From Octopus vulgaris (Eukaryota), in NCBI GenBank assembly GCA_951406725.2, contig OX597840.1, positions 26,164,001 to 26,228,000 on the forward strand: 64,000 bases of DNA, given 5' to 3'. Below are positions 30,215 through 46,738 of the stretch, in pieces. Below the pieces are notes generated by a model that saw only the letters and a program-made list of their open reading frames with translations, ran no database searches and was not told the DNA's origin. The number at the start of each line of letters is the position of its first letter. The stretch's first letter is position 1. Position numbers and translations under genes: made by a program.

Positions 30215-30624
30215 GGATCTTTTCGGTTTGAACGGCAGTTTTTAAAAATAATTTCCTCGTAACTAAACACTTTTAAATTTCGTATACTGGTAGAATGTGT
30301 TTATAAAACATCTTTTTCTCTTGGCTTTATTGAGAAAATTCTATAGTTTGTATGATATTTTTGTTGTTTTTCTTCAATTTCTGCAATTTCAACCAATCAC
30401 TGACGTCTATTGAGGTAAAAAATCATTCTGTGCCATATGAATATGTCCCTCGTTTAAGAAACAGATTGGGTTTATTTTACATTTCTGAAGAAAAAAGATA
30501 CCCTTCCCCCCACCCCTAACCCTAAAACAGATTGAACTGCAATAGATCGATACTAGGGTCATAATTATGGGTGACAATTTCGTATGACACCGCTAGAAAA
30601 AAACTGCCGTTCAAACCGAAAAGA
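30215..30624. mobile_element. MITE family 1 copy (mirror arm)
   Basis: ggatcttttcggtttgaacggcag ... ctgccgttcaaaccgaaaaga flanked by aaattgag. Confidence 0.8.
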
Positions 30625-33600
30625 AATTGAGTTATTAGTGACTGATTTGAGTAAACTAAATTTCACAAGCGATAAATTTTAAACAATGGCTAATCAGCCT
30701 TTATTTTATATGTCGTGTCGATTTTTTTTTTTTATATCTTCACAACAAATGTTCGAGTAAAAGATTATATAAACGGGTTTTTATATTTATTTTTGGTCAA
30801 ATTAGGTACTTTCTGCTGTTTCAATTCAAAGCCCTTTCATTTCGTCTGTATACGATATTGCCTTTTCGTTTCAGTATTTCAAGTGCACAATCGTACTTTT
30901 ATACATTCCCCATCTTTTCTTACAAATTACATCGTAATTTCGAAGATGTACTCGCATAGCAAGTGATTTGATCTGAGATCGTGTGTTGGAACGAAAACAA
31001 TTGCAGCGTGGAAGGTGTTTGTAAGCCATTTAAGAAACACACAAAAGCCGTTCGATTCACTTCAACATTTAAGTTTAATTTGTCAAAATATTTTCGTCGC
31101 TATAATAACGGCGACCTCTTCACTGACAAAAATCCGTATCCGCATTTAACTAAATTGTCCAATTTACAATATCAAAAAGAAAGGGAATTTTATCTAAACA
31201 AGGTACTTAATCTGACATTACAACGAACGTTACTTCGATATTTTGCAGATCGACATGAAATATCTAAAATGCTGAAGGGATAACACAATGATACTTACTC
31301 TTTCCAACGAACGTTACTTCATATTTTGCAGGTCGACATAATAAAAATGCTGAAACTGTTTCTTTAGACATTCTATTACCAATCATTTGTATATTTTCGA
31401 TTGGGTTTCCTCTTAAATATCAGTTTGAAAGTGAAAGTGATCAAACAATCAAGGTGCGCGAGAAACAGGAGGAAGAAATGAAATTAGGAAGAGTTAACAA
31501 GGGGAGTTAACTCTTGTCTTTAAATATTAACGGCTGTACTGATATATATTTGAGTAGCAGTGTAGCCCGGCGTTGCTCGGTTTTAAGTTAGGATCGTTAA
31601 GTGATGAAGCGATTAACTTCAAACCGAAATAAGTGACAAGGACATCACATTCGAGCGAAATCTGCCGAAATTGGCAAAACTGCCATAAGGAATCAGTTTA
31701 TCGATTATCTCCACTCATCGATTATAATAATAATGAAATTATTGTATACAGTTGCTCAGGTGCACCACAACTTGTCAGAAAGTGCGTATAAAGTATATGC
31801 AGCAATGTAAAAAGTCTGGAAAGCAAACAATGTATGAGTCAGATACATGCTTGCGTGTGTATGGAGGAGGAAAATCAGGTGTAGTGTTGGCGAATGTCAG
31901 GAAGCATGGAAGTTTTGAAGGATGCAGTGCTCCGACAACTAACAACTGATGCCGGCAGTTTGTTCCATGCTTCAGCAACTCTCAGCGTGATTGTTTTTTT
32001 CTTTTTGTCTTTACTGAGAACTTAATAGCATATTTCAATGAGTCCTAAGTCTTTCAGTTTGTCACTCTAAAAATATTCAGGAAGAAAGAAAAAAATGAAA
32101 AGGAAAAATATTCCATCTCCCATTTACAAGTTCCTCAATGAAGTACAACGTTCCATGGGTATGTCAAGGAACACCATAATCATTCGTGCATTTCTACGGC
32201 AGTCAAAGTTTTTCCATCGTTTTCCTGAATTTTTGTGAACAAGGCCTCCACCCATCCAATTTCTATCTCCTCCAGTTTCACTTCTTTTCGTAACCCTAAA
32301 CCTAAGTCCACCCAATCTTAATGCAAATGTAACCTTCAGAAGAACCTAATCCCCTAATGTAGCTAAAACCCTGCCAGTTCGCCACCTTAGTTTGTATTAA
32401 TTACTAGTGGGACCCATGTAAAACCAGTAAAAACGACCTATTTAAGAAAGAGGATGTCATAAATAAGAGTGGCAGACAAAATATACTTGGCACTGCTGAT
32501 AGTTGGTAACAACACCAGTAATTTTCTTCAGCTGAATACATGTGACTGATTGGTTGAAATTACCGAAATATGGCAACTTTAACACGAAATAATTTCCAAA
32601 AAAGAATAATTGCAAAGAAGTGCAAGTGTTGAGTGATGGTCTCTATAAAAAAAGAGAAATCAACTCACCACCGACATCATCATCATCTCTCTCTCTCTGT
32701 TCCTTCCTTTAATATCAACATCAGAACATCACCCCTCTGCTAAGATTATATTTCTAACTCTTCTCTATATCACAACATTTAGCTAGCTTTTTTAACCATA
32801 AAATAACTATTACAATCCCCCCCATCACATGTCATGCTTGCTTCTTTCTTACTTCTTTTTGTCTCTCCCTTTCCTTTCTTTCTCTATTTGCCTCGCTCTT
32901 TGTCTTATCATCTTTTCTCTCTCTACCCCCTTTTCTCTAATAACATGAAAGTGTTACTGACGAGCTAAGTAACAGAATGAGAAGCAGAATTATTATAAGA
33001 TCACCTTACTCTATTTCTCCCTCCCTTTTCTCCACTTCTGTCCCCACCCCTCATTTATTCCACTAATCTAATGAAAGCATAACAGCTGTACAAACAAGCT
33101 GGTTATTATATATATACATAAATATTATTTTTGTCTGAGGTTTGGATAATAATTTTTTGCAGAGTAATTACATATCACATAAGACTGGAAAACAGTTTGA
33201 TAGTATTTATTCAGCATTACATGTGTTTCATTACCTAATAGGAATTACAAACTTTTAGACAAAGAGAAAACATGTAAAATATCTCCTATAAGAAATTCTT
33301 CATACATACATATATACACGTGTGTGAGTGTGTGTGTGTATGCGCAAGTGAGTGTATCTTCATTTCCAGTCCTCTGCGTAAATTATGTCTCACCAGGGAA
33401 AATATTTCCTTGCTTGGAAACAGGTGAGGATTGGTGACAAGAAAGGGTACCCAGCTCAGGAAAATCTCCATCAATGAATTCCATCTGATCCATTGAAGCA
33501 TGGAAAAGCGAAATTTAAATGATGATGATTATCATCTTTGTAGTGATATGGTTCCTCTTCTGTATGAATGCAGTTATGTTTTAATAATTGATCATTTTCA

Positions 33601-33779
33601 TATCACAGTGATATGTTTTCCTTCCTCTGTCAATGCTCTTTCGATTCGTTAATGGATCATTTCAAATGAAAGGCTTACCATTGATATCACATTGATATAG
33701 TTTCTTTCTTGTGTAGAGGGTTTTATGAGATACAAACTTGTCCTTCTGAAGGAATGTTATACAACCAATGTTCACTGTG

Positions 33780-34650
<871 letters not shown>

Positions 34651-35254
34651 CTCTTCAAGAAAAATAAACCTGAAACTTCAAGTTGTACAGATCAACAACT
34701 TTTCAATACTAATTCTCCTCTCACCAAAATATATGGATATTTTTCTTCTTTTTGCTTTTATAGTTTATTCCAAACAAATATCACTTCTCTTATATTTCTT
34801 CTAAATGTGATCAATGCCAATATTTAAAAATGCTGCAAATACTTTTTTTTTCGAAATCTATCAAAGTATATTTAAAAGAGAAAATTATCTCTTGCACATT
34901 TCAGAAGTAAAGAAATGTTTTCTCTCTCAGAGGAAATATTTTACTGTAATTCAGCAATGTTTTATAGAAGCAGGAGTATACGTTTATAGAATATCTTTGC
35001 AGAGTCTTTCAAACATGATTCATATTGATGATTCTTTAAAAGTAAAAAATACTTTTTAGCCAATTTCATGTGATTTTCTGAAAGAATAGAAAAAATAATA
35101 TAAGACATCAAGTATGTTTAAAAGGCAGATATTCAAAAGTGCAAATTTACGACATTTCTGTTTTCATAAATTGTAGAAATAATCCTTTATCTGGACCATT
35201 AAACTTATCCCATCTCTCTGTTTTCAAGAAGTTTATATCAGGGAGTAGAACACA

Positions 35255-35517
35255 CTGTTGTTCCTTCTCGAGCCATGCCAGGCTCATAAGAGCCTCCTTC
35301 CTTGGCGTATAGGTTCTCCACCTGGATGGGACGATAGTCCGTCGCAGGTAAGTTGCAAGATGCAGGAGGAAATAGTGAGAAAGTTGTAGTGAAAGAGTCA
35401 GCAGAAGTTTCACCATTACCTTCTGCTGGAGCTTAGGTGTTTCGCTCAGTCTGAGATTCGAACCTGCGATCACTCGACTGCGAGTCCACTGCTCTAACCA
35501 CTAGACGATATGCCTCC
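35255..35517 (-). mobile_element. tRNA-derived SINE (mirror of 4560)
   Basis: Reverse complement of the 4560 copy. Confidence 0.7.
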
Positions 35518-35868
35518 ACAAGACTACACTGTTATAAACCCAAACTCGAATACCAAAGTTTAAAAGGCTTCAACTGACTGAAAAATACAGCAATATACAA
35601 TACAAAGATTGCTAAATTGTAAGCAAAATGAAACTTCAACGCAATAATATTTTTTTGCAGCGAGTTGCTACATTCCAGACTCCTAAAACCAAAGTTGAAC
35701 ATGATGTCTGCAAAACAGAAGAGAACTCACGCAGTCGCAGTGCAGCAATCAAAACCCAAATCCCAACACACGCTTAAAAACCATTCTCAAAGATTTTTGA
35801 TTATTATAATGTCTACATATTTTAATGGACATAAAAATGTTTATAAGGCTTCAAGCACAAAAATTGAG

Positions 35869-36275
35869 GGATCTTATCGGTTTGAACGGCACTTTTTAAA
35901 AATAATTTCCACGTAACTAAACACTTTTAAATTTCGTATACTGGTAGAATGTGTTTATAAAACAACTTTTTCTCTTGGCTTTATTGAGAAAATTCTAAAG
36001 TTTGTATGATATTTGTTGTTTTTCTTCAATTTCTGCAATTTCAACTAATCAATGACGTCAATTGAGGTAAAAAATCATTCTGTGCCATATGAATATGTCC
36101 CTCGTTTAAGAAACAGATTGGGTTTATTTACATTTGAGAAGAAAAAAGATACCCATCACCCCACCCCTAACCTTAAAACAGATTGAAATGCAATAGATCG
36201 ATACTAGGGTCATAATTATGGGTGATAATTTCATGATACCGCTAGAAAAAACTGCCGTTCAAATCGAAAAGATTC
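35869..36275. mobile_element. MITE family 1 copy (mirror of 3799-4207)
   Basis: Same TIRs; flanks aaattgag / aaatcgag. Confidence 0.8.
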
Positions 36276-39200
36276 AAATCGAGTTATTAGTGACTGATTT
36301 GAGTAAACTAAATTTCACAAGGTGATAGTTTTTAAACAATGGCTATCAACCTTCATTTAATATGTCGTGTCGATATTTTTTTTTTATATATTTACTACAT
36401 AATTTTCGAGTAAAACATTATATAAACGGATTTTTGTATTTATTTTTGGTCAAAGTGTTTCAATTCAAAGCCCTTTCATTTCGTCTGTATACGACATTGC
36501 ATTTTCGTTTCAGTAATTCAAGTGCACAATCGTACTTTTATACATTCCCCATCTTTTCTTACAAATTACATGGTAATTTCGAAGATGTACTCGCATAGCA
36601 AGTGATTTGATCTGAGATCGTGTGTTGGAACGAAAACAATTGCAGCGTGGAAGGTGTTTGTAAGCCATTTAAGAAACACACAAAAGCCGTTCGATTCACT
36701 TCAACATTTAAGTTTAATTTGTCAAAATATTTTCGTCGCTATAAGTCCGCGACCTCTTCACTGACAAAAATCCGTATCCGCATTTAACTAAATTGTCCAA
36801 TTTACAAGTCAAAAAGAAAGAGGAATTTTATCTAAACAAGGTATTAATCTGACATTAAGAGATATAGGAAATGACGGCGATCCGGAAGGCGTAGACACAA
36901 ATGCGATGAAATATCTAAAAGAGAAGGATAACACAATGATACTTACTCTTTCCAACGAACGTTACTTCATATTTTGCAGATCGACATAATAAAAATGCTG
37001 AAACTGTTTCTTTAGACATTCTATTACCAATCATTTGTATATTTTCGATTGGGTTTCCTCTTAAATATCAGTTTGAAAGTGAAAGTGATCAAACAATCAA
37101 GGTGCGCGAGAAACAGGAGGAGGAAATGAAATTAGGAAGAGTTAACAAGGGGAACTAACTCTTGTCTTTAAATATTAACGGCTGTACTGATATATATTTG
37201 AGTAGCAGTGTAGCCCGGCGTTGCTCGGTTTTAAGTTAGGATCGTTAAGTGATGAAGCGCTTTACTTCAAACCGAAATAAGTGACAAGGACATCACATTC
37301 GAGCGAAATCTGCCGAAATTGGCAAAAACCATAAGGAATCAGTTTATCGATTATCTCCACTCATCGATTATAATAATAATAATGAAATTATTGTATACAG
37401 TGCTCAGGTGCACCACAACTTGTCAGAAAGTGCGTATAAAGTATATGCAGCAATGTAAAAAGTCTAGAAAGCGAACAGTGTATGAGTCAGATACATGCTT
37501 GCGTGTGTATGGAGGGGAGAAAATCAGGTGTAGTGTTGGCGAATGTCAGGAAGCATGGAAGTTTTGAAGGATGCAGTGCTCCAACAACTAACAACTGATG
37601 CCGGCAGTCTGTTCCATGCTTCAGCAACTCTCAGTGTGATTGTTTTTTTCTTTTTTTTTTTTGAGAACTTAAAGCATTCAATGAGTCCTAAGTCTTTCGT
37701 TTGTCACTCTTATTCATGACATATTCCATCTCCGTTACGTTCGTATGAATAAACTAGGGTATGCCAGCACCATAATCATTTGTGCATTTCTACGGCATCA
37801 AAGTTTTTCCATCCTGTTTTCCTGAATTTTTGTGCCCCCCTCCCCCTCCAATTTCTTCCCTTTTCACTTTTTTCGTAACCCTAAACCTAAGACCCCAATC
37901 TTAATTGTAACCTTAAGAACCTAAGTAGAAAAATTGTTGTAAAGTTCCTTACAGGTAAAACCAGTAAAAACGCCCGAACGATGTCATAAATAACAGTGGC
38001 AGACGAAATATACACCGCCGATAGTTGGTAACAACACCAGTAATTTTCTTCAGCTGAATACATGTCACTGATTGGTTGAAATTACCGAAATATGGCAACT
38101 TTAACACGAAATAATTTCGAAAAAAGAATAATTGCAAAGAAGTGCAAGTGTTGAGTGATGGTCTCTATAAAGAAAGAGAAATCAACTCACCACCACCATC
38201 ATCATCATCTCTCTCTCTCTGTTCCTTCCTTTAATATCAACATCAGAACATCACCCCTCTGCTAAGATTATATTTCTAACTATTCTCTATATCACAACCT
38301 TCAGCTAGCTTTTTTTAACCATAAAATAACTATTACATTCCCCCTATCACATGTCATGCTTGCTTCTTTCTTAGTCTTTTTGTCTCTCCCTTTCCTTTCT
38401 TTCTCTATTTGCCTCGCTCTTTGTCTTATCATCTTTTCTCTCTCTACCCCCTTTTCTCTAATAACATGAAAGTGTTACTGACGAGCTAAGTAACAGAATG
38501 AGAAACAGAATTATTATAAGATCACCTTACTCTATTTCTCCCTCCCTTTTCTCCACTTCTGTCCCCACCCCTCATTTATTCCACTAATCTAATGAAAGCA
38601 TAACAGCTGTACAAACAAGCTGGTTATTATATATATACATAAATATTATTTTTGTCTGAGGTTTGGATAATAATTTTTGCAGAGTAATTACATATCACAT
38701 AAGAAGACTGGAAAACAGTTTGATAGTATTTATTCAGCATTACATGTGTTTCATTACCTAATAGGAATTACAAACTTTTAGACAAAGAGAAAACATGTAA
38801 AATATCTCCTATAAGAAATTCTTCATACATACATATATACACGTGTGTGTGTGTATGCACAAGTGAGTGTATCCTTGTCCAGATATTATGTGATGTCCGT
38901 AAATGGCCATCATGACCGTCATACTTGTGCAGTTCTTCATTTCCAGTCCTCTGCGTAAATTATGTCTCACCAGGGAAAATATTTCCTTGCTTGGAAACAG
39001 GTGAGGATTGGTGACAAGAAAGGGTACCCAGCTCAGGAAAATCTCCATCAATGAATTCCATCTGATCCATTGAAGCATGGAAAAGCGAATTTTAAATGAT
39101 GATGATTATCATCATTGTAGTGATATGGTTCCTCTTCTGTATGAATGCAGTTATGTTTTAATAATTGATCATTTTCATAGATTGACTTAGCACAAATGTC

Positions 39201-39455
39201 TTAGGGTATGGTTTTATCTTTCATATTAATATGACTGTGTAGAATTCTCCATTTTCATAGAATGATTAAGCACTGCTATCACAGTGATATGTTTTCCTTC
39301 CTCTGTCAATGCTCTTTCGATTCGTTAATGGATCATTTCAAATGAAAGGCTTACCATTGATATCACATTGATATAGTTTCTTTCTTTGTGTAGAGGGTTT
39401 TATGAGATACAAACTTGTCCTTCTGAAGGAATGTTATACAACCAATGTCACTGTG

Positions 39456-42430
<2,975 letters not shown>

Positions 42431-45235
42431 ATTCTCGTACGCAAAAATTTCTGAAAATTCCCCCAAATAAAAATATGTGACGAGGGATTATATTAGGTGC
42501 TTAAAGCAGCACTCCACACACACACAAATTAAATAAATTAGAAAAACATATTAATTCTAAATTTTAATGATGCAAAAGAACCACCAGAAATAAAGACTTC
42601 CTATCTCTCAAATAGAAGCCGATCCATTTCCTCTCGTTACGATATTTGCTTTTCGTTTCAGTATTTCAAGTGCACACTCGTATTTTTATACATTCCCCAT
42701 TTCTTACAAAGACAAGACTTGTTCAGAGTTAATTCTTCCTAATTTTGTTGCTCCGTGTGCATGTGTATTGCTTGCTCAGTTCCACTTAACAATTGATATT
42801 GAAGAGACAATCTAATTAAATAGATACGTGATTGGTAATTAAGTGTCTAAAGAAACAGATGCAGCATTTTTTTATATTATGTTGACCTGTTAAATATGAA
42901 TATTCGTCGCAAAAATTCTCTTGAAGCTGTCACTGTCCACTCTAACTTTTCCCTGATTCAACATATTCTCATATTTTCATCGTTGACTCTCTCTGAATAT
43001 ATATTACTATGTAAGTATATTTCTATTGTATATGTATCATATTACGTACGTCTGTTTGTTTCGATGTGTTGAGTAAGTTACAAGAAAGAATCTCACTAAA
43101 CAAAGACGAAATAGCGGAGGTAAAGGGCATGGACCTCACCTACCTTTCCCTAATTTTTTGGCGATGGAAACCCACTTTTTCAACTTCGGTGAGGCTGTTC
43201 TTTCAATACTTCCGTTGTGTTCTCCTTTACATTCAGATATTTCATTGCATCTTTCCTTATTTCCTATATTATTTGTTAACGTCCGATGGATACCTTGTGT
43301 AGATAACTTTTCTCTTTCTTCCTCACATGTAAATTCCGCGGGAAAATTACGATGTAATTTCTAAGACATGCGGAATGTATAAAAATACGAGTGTGCACTT
43401 GAAATACTGAAACGAAAAGTAAATATTGTATACAGAAGAAATGGAACTGATTTTATTTAAAACCTAGGAAGTCTTTATTTCCGAAGGTTCTTCTCCATCA
43501 TTACAACTTACAATTAATATCTATTTTTCAAAGGAATCTTTCTTTAAGCACCCAATGTAACCGCTTATCACATATTTTTATTTTGGGGGAATTTTCAGAA
43601 AATTTCTGCGTATTTCTGCTGTACATGCAAGGATTGAAACGGTTATGAAACCAACAAAGAAGGGAAAAAACCGATTGAAGAGCAGTTTAGCTGTTATTTA
43701 TCGCGCACCCCACGACCACCTGATACCTTTCGAGTTTCTTTCTCACTCTTACGTGCTAATGTTTTTCGATATCTTTATTCACATAAACACATTCAATGGT
43801 CTGTTGTTGGGATTTAAGGCATTATATATGAATTGCACTCTATATTTTAATGTTAATTTTAATTAATTACCTAAGTTATCCTTCTCTCTCTTCGTAATAC
43901 ATATATATTTAAATTCAAATTACGATGAACGTAAACAAACAAACGAAGTTTGCTTTAGAAGCTTTGAGATGTCTTAGGAAGTTAAAGAAGTGATTTTAAA
44001 TTCTCAAAGGCAGGATATTGCTAATAATATAGCCTGAACAGGATAAGCTACCCCTATTTTGCAGAAAAGTGTTGGCGGCCGGCTATGAGATTCGAACTCA
44101 CACCTCCGTGATTACGCATCGCTGCATTTTTCACTCACCACGATAAACAATATTTCGTTGCGATGTAAAAAGGAAGGGAAACATTAATTGTAACTTGTAA
44201 GAATTTTAAAAAAAAGAAGAAAACGAGAATAATTTAATGTTAAAACTACATCATTTGCCCCCATTGAGAAGGATTGTCACCAATTTCCTTCTCCACCTCA
44301 ACCAATATTTTTTCCTACATCAAAAATTCCCCACGAAAGATTTTGATGCTGTTAGTCATCCATACTGATTATTTGCTGACTGTTATTCATGTTTCATATT
44401 CAACAGAATATTGACATTAAGCTTCCTGTATGTGTGTATTTATAAATGTACGGAAAGAGGCAGGGGAGGTGTGATATCTCTTTTAGGACACATGACTGAG
44501 ATGAAAACATCAGATATCTAGTGTTATTGACATGTATATTGGTGTGTGTCTATGACAGACTTAATGTCCAGGAGATGTTATTATACTACACATATCTACT
44601 CCCTGATATAAACTTCTTGAAAACAGAGAGATGGGATAAATTTAATAGTTCAGATAAAGAATTACTTCTAAAATCTTTGAAAACAGAAATGTCGTCAATT
44701 TGCTCTTTTGAATATCTGCCTTTTAAACATACTTGATGTCTTATATTATTTTTTCTATTCTTTCAGAAAAATCACATGAAATTGGCTAAAGAGTATTTTT
44801 TGCTTTTAAGGGATCATCAATATGTATCATGTTTGAAAGACTCTGCAAAGATATTCTACAAACGTATAATCCTGCTTCTAGAAAACATTGCTGAATTACA
44901 GTAAAATATTTCCTCTGAGAGAGAAAGCATTTCTTTACTTCTGTGTCTGAAATGTGCAAGAGAAAATTTTCTCTTTTAAATATACTTTGATGGATTTCCA
45001 AAGAGTATTTGCAACATTTTTAAATATTGGCAATGATCATGTTCAGAAGAAATATAAGAGAAGTGATATTTGTTTGGAATAAACTATAAAAGCAAAAAGA
45101 AGAAAAATATCCATATATTTTGGTGAGAGAAGAAATATTATTGAAAAGTTGTTGATCTGTAAAACTTGAAGGATTGATTTTATTTTTCTTGAAGAAATAT
45201 CGGAGGAATACGGAAACTCATCATATGACTGTGGC

Positions 45236-46738
45236 ATGTACAAAATGTCATTTTTAGAAAAACGTAAATCCAGTAAACATCAAGAAATTCATACAAGTCA
45301 AGAACCATATCACTGTGATATCTGTGATAAATCATTCTCTCTTCACAGTAGCTTTACTAACCACAAACGTATTCATACAGGTGAGAAACCACACCACTGT
45401 GATATCTGTGGTAAATCATTCTCTTTTAGCAGTACCTTGACTGTACACAAACGTATTCATACAGGGAAGAAACCATATCACTGTGATATCTGTGGTAAAT
45501 CATTCTCTGTTGGCAGTAACTTCACTGCACACAAACGTATTCACACAGGTGAGCAACCATATTGCTGTGATATCTGTGGTAAATCATTCACTCAAGAAGG
45601 TAACTTAACTACTCACAAACGTATTCATACAGGTGAGAGACCATATCACTGTGGTATCTGTGGTGAATCATTCTCTGTTGGCAGTACCTTGACTGCACAT
45701 AAACGTATTCACACAGGTGAGGAACCATATCACTGTGATATCTGTGGTAAATCATTCTCTTTTAGCAGTAACTTCACTGCACACAAACGTATTCACACAG
45801 GTGAGGAACCATATTGCTGTGATATCTGTGGTAAATCATTCTCTGCTGGCAATACCTTAACTAAACACAAACGTGTTCATACAGGTGAGAAACCATATCC
45901 CTGTGATATCTGTGGTAAATCATTCTCTGTTAGCAGTAACTTCACTGCACACAAACGTATTCACACAGGTGAGGAACCATATTGCTGTGATATCTGTGGT
46001 AAATCATTCTCTGCTGGCAATACCTTAACTAAACACAAACGTGTTCATACAGGTGAGAAACCATATCCCTGTAATATCTGTGGCAAATCTTTCTCTGTTA
46101 ACATTAGCTTAACCACACACAAGCGTATTCATGCAGGGGAGAAACCATATCCCTGTGATATCTGTGGCAAATCTTTCTCTGAAAACGGCAGTTTAACTAA
46201 ACACAAGCGTATTCATACAGGTGAGAAACCATGCCACTGTGATATCTGTGGTAAATCATTCTCTGTTGGCTGTAACTTGACTGCACATAAACGTATTCAT
46301 ACAGGAGAGAAACCATATCACTGTAATATCTGTGGTAAATCATTCACTGTTAGCAGTCACTTAACTCAACATACACGTATTCATACAGGGGAGAAACCAT
46401 ACCACTGTGATATCTGTGGTAAATCATTCTCTGTTAGCAGTAGCTTAACCAAACACAAGCGTATTCATACAGGTGAGGAACCATATCGCTGTGATATCTG
46501 TGGCAAATCTTTCTCTGAAAACAGCAGCTTAACTAAACACAAGCGTATTCATACAGGTGAGAAACCATACCACTGTGATATCTGTGGTAAATCATTCTCT
46601 GTTGGCAGTAACTTGACTGCACATAAACGTATTCACACAGGTGAGGAACCATATCGCTGTGACATCTGTGGTGAATCATTCTCACAAAAACATCACTCAA
46701 TTAAACACAAGTGTATTCGTTGTGAAGTTGATCCATAA
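45236..46738 (+). CDS. Tandem C2H2 zinc-finger protein, 500 aa, 17 repeats (type B start, X end)
   Basis: Open ORF of canonical fingers, ends [10 protein letters not shown]. Confidence 0.9.
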   Translation: MYKMSFLEKRKSSKHQEIHTSQEPYHCDICDKSFSLHSSFTNHKRIHTGEKPHHCDICGKSFSFSSTLTVHKRIHTGKKPYHCDICGKSFSVGSNFTAHKRIHTGEQPYCCDICGKSFTQEGNLTTHKRIHTGERPYHCGICGESFSVGSTLTAHKRIHTGEEPYHCDICGKSFSFSSNFTAHKRIHTGEEPYCCDICGKSFSAGNTLTKHKRVHTGEKPYPCDICGKSFSVSSNFTAHKRIHTGEEPYCCDICGKSFSAGNTLTKHKRVHTGEKPYPCNICGKSFSVNISLTTHKRIHAGEKPYPCDICGKSFSENGSLTKHKRIHTGEKPCHCDICGKSFSVGCNLTAHKRIHTGEKPYHCNICGKSFTVSSHLTQHTRIHTGEKPYHCDICGKSFSVSSSLTKHKRIHTGEEPYRCDICGKSFSENSSLTKHKRIHTGEKPYHCDICGKSFSVGSNLTAHKRIHTGEEPYRCDICGESFSQKHHSIKHKCIRCEVDP

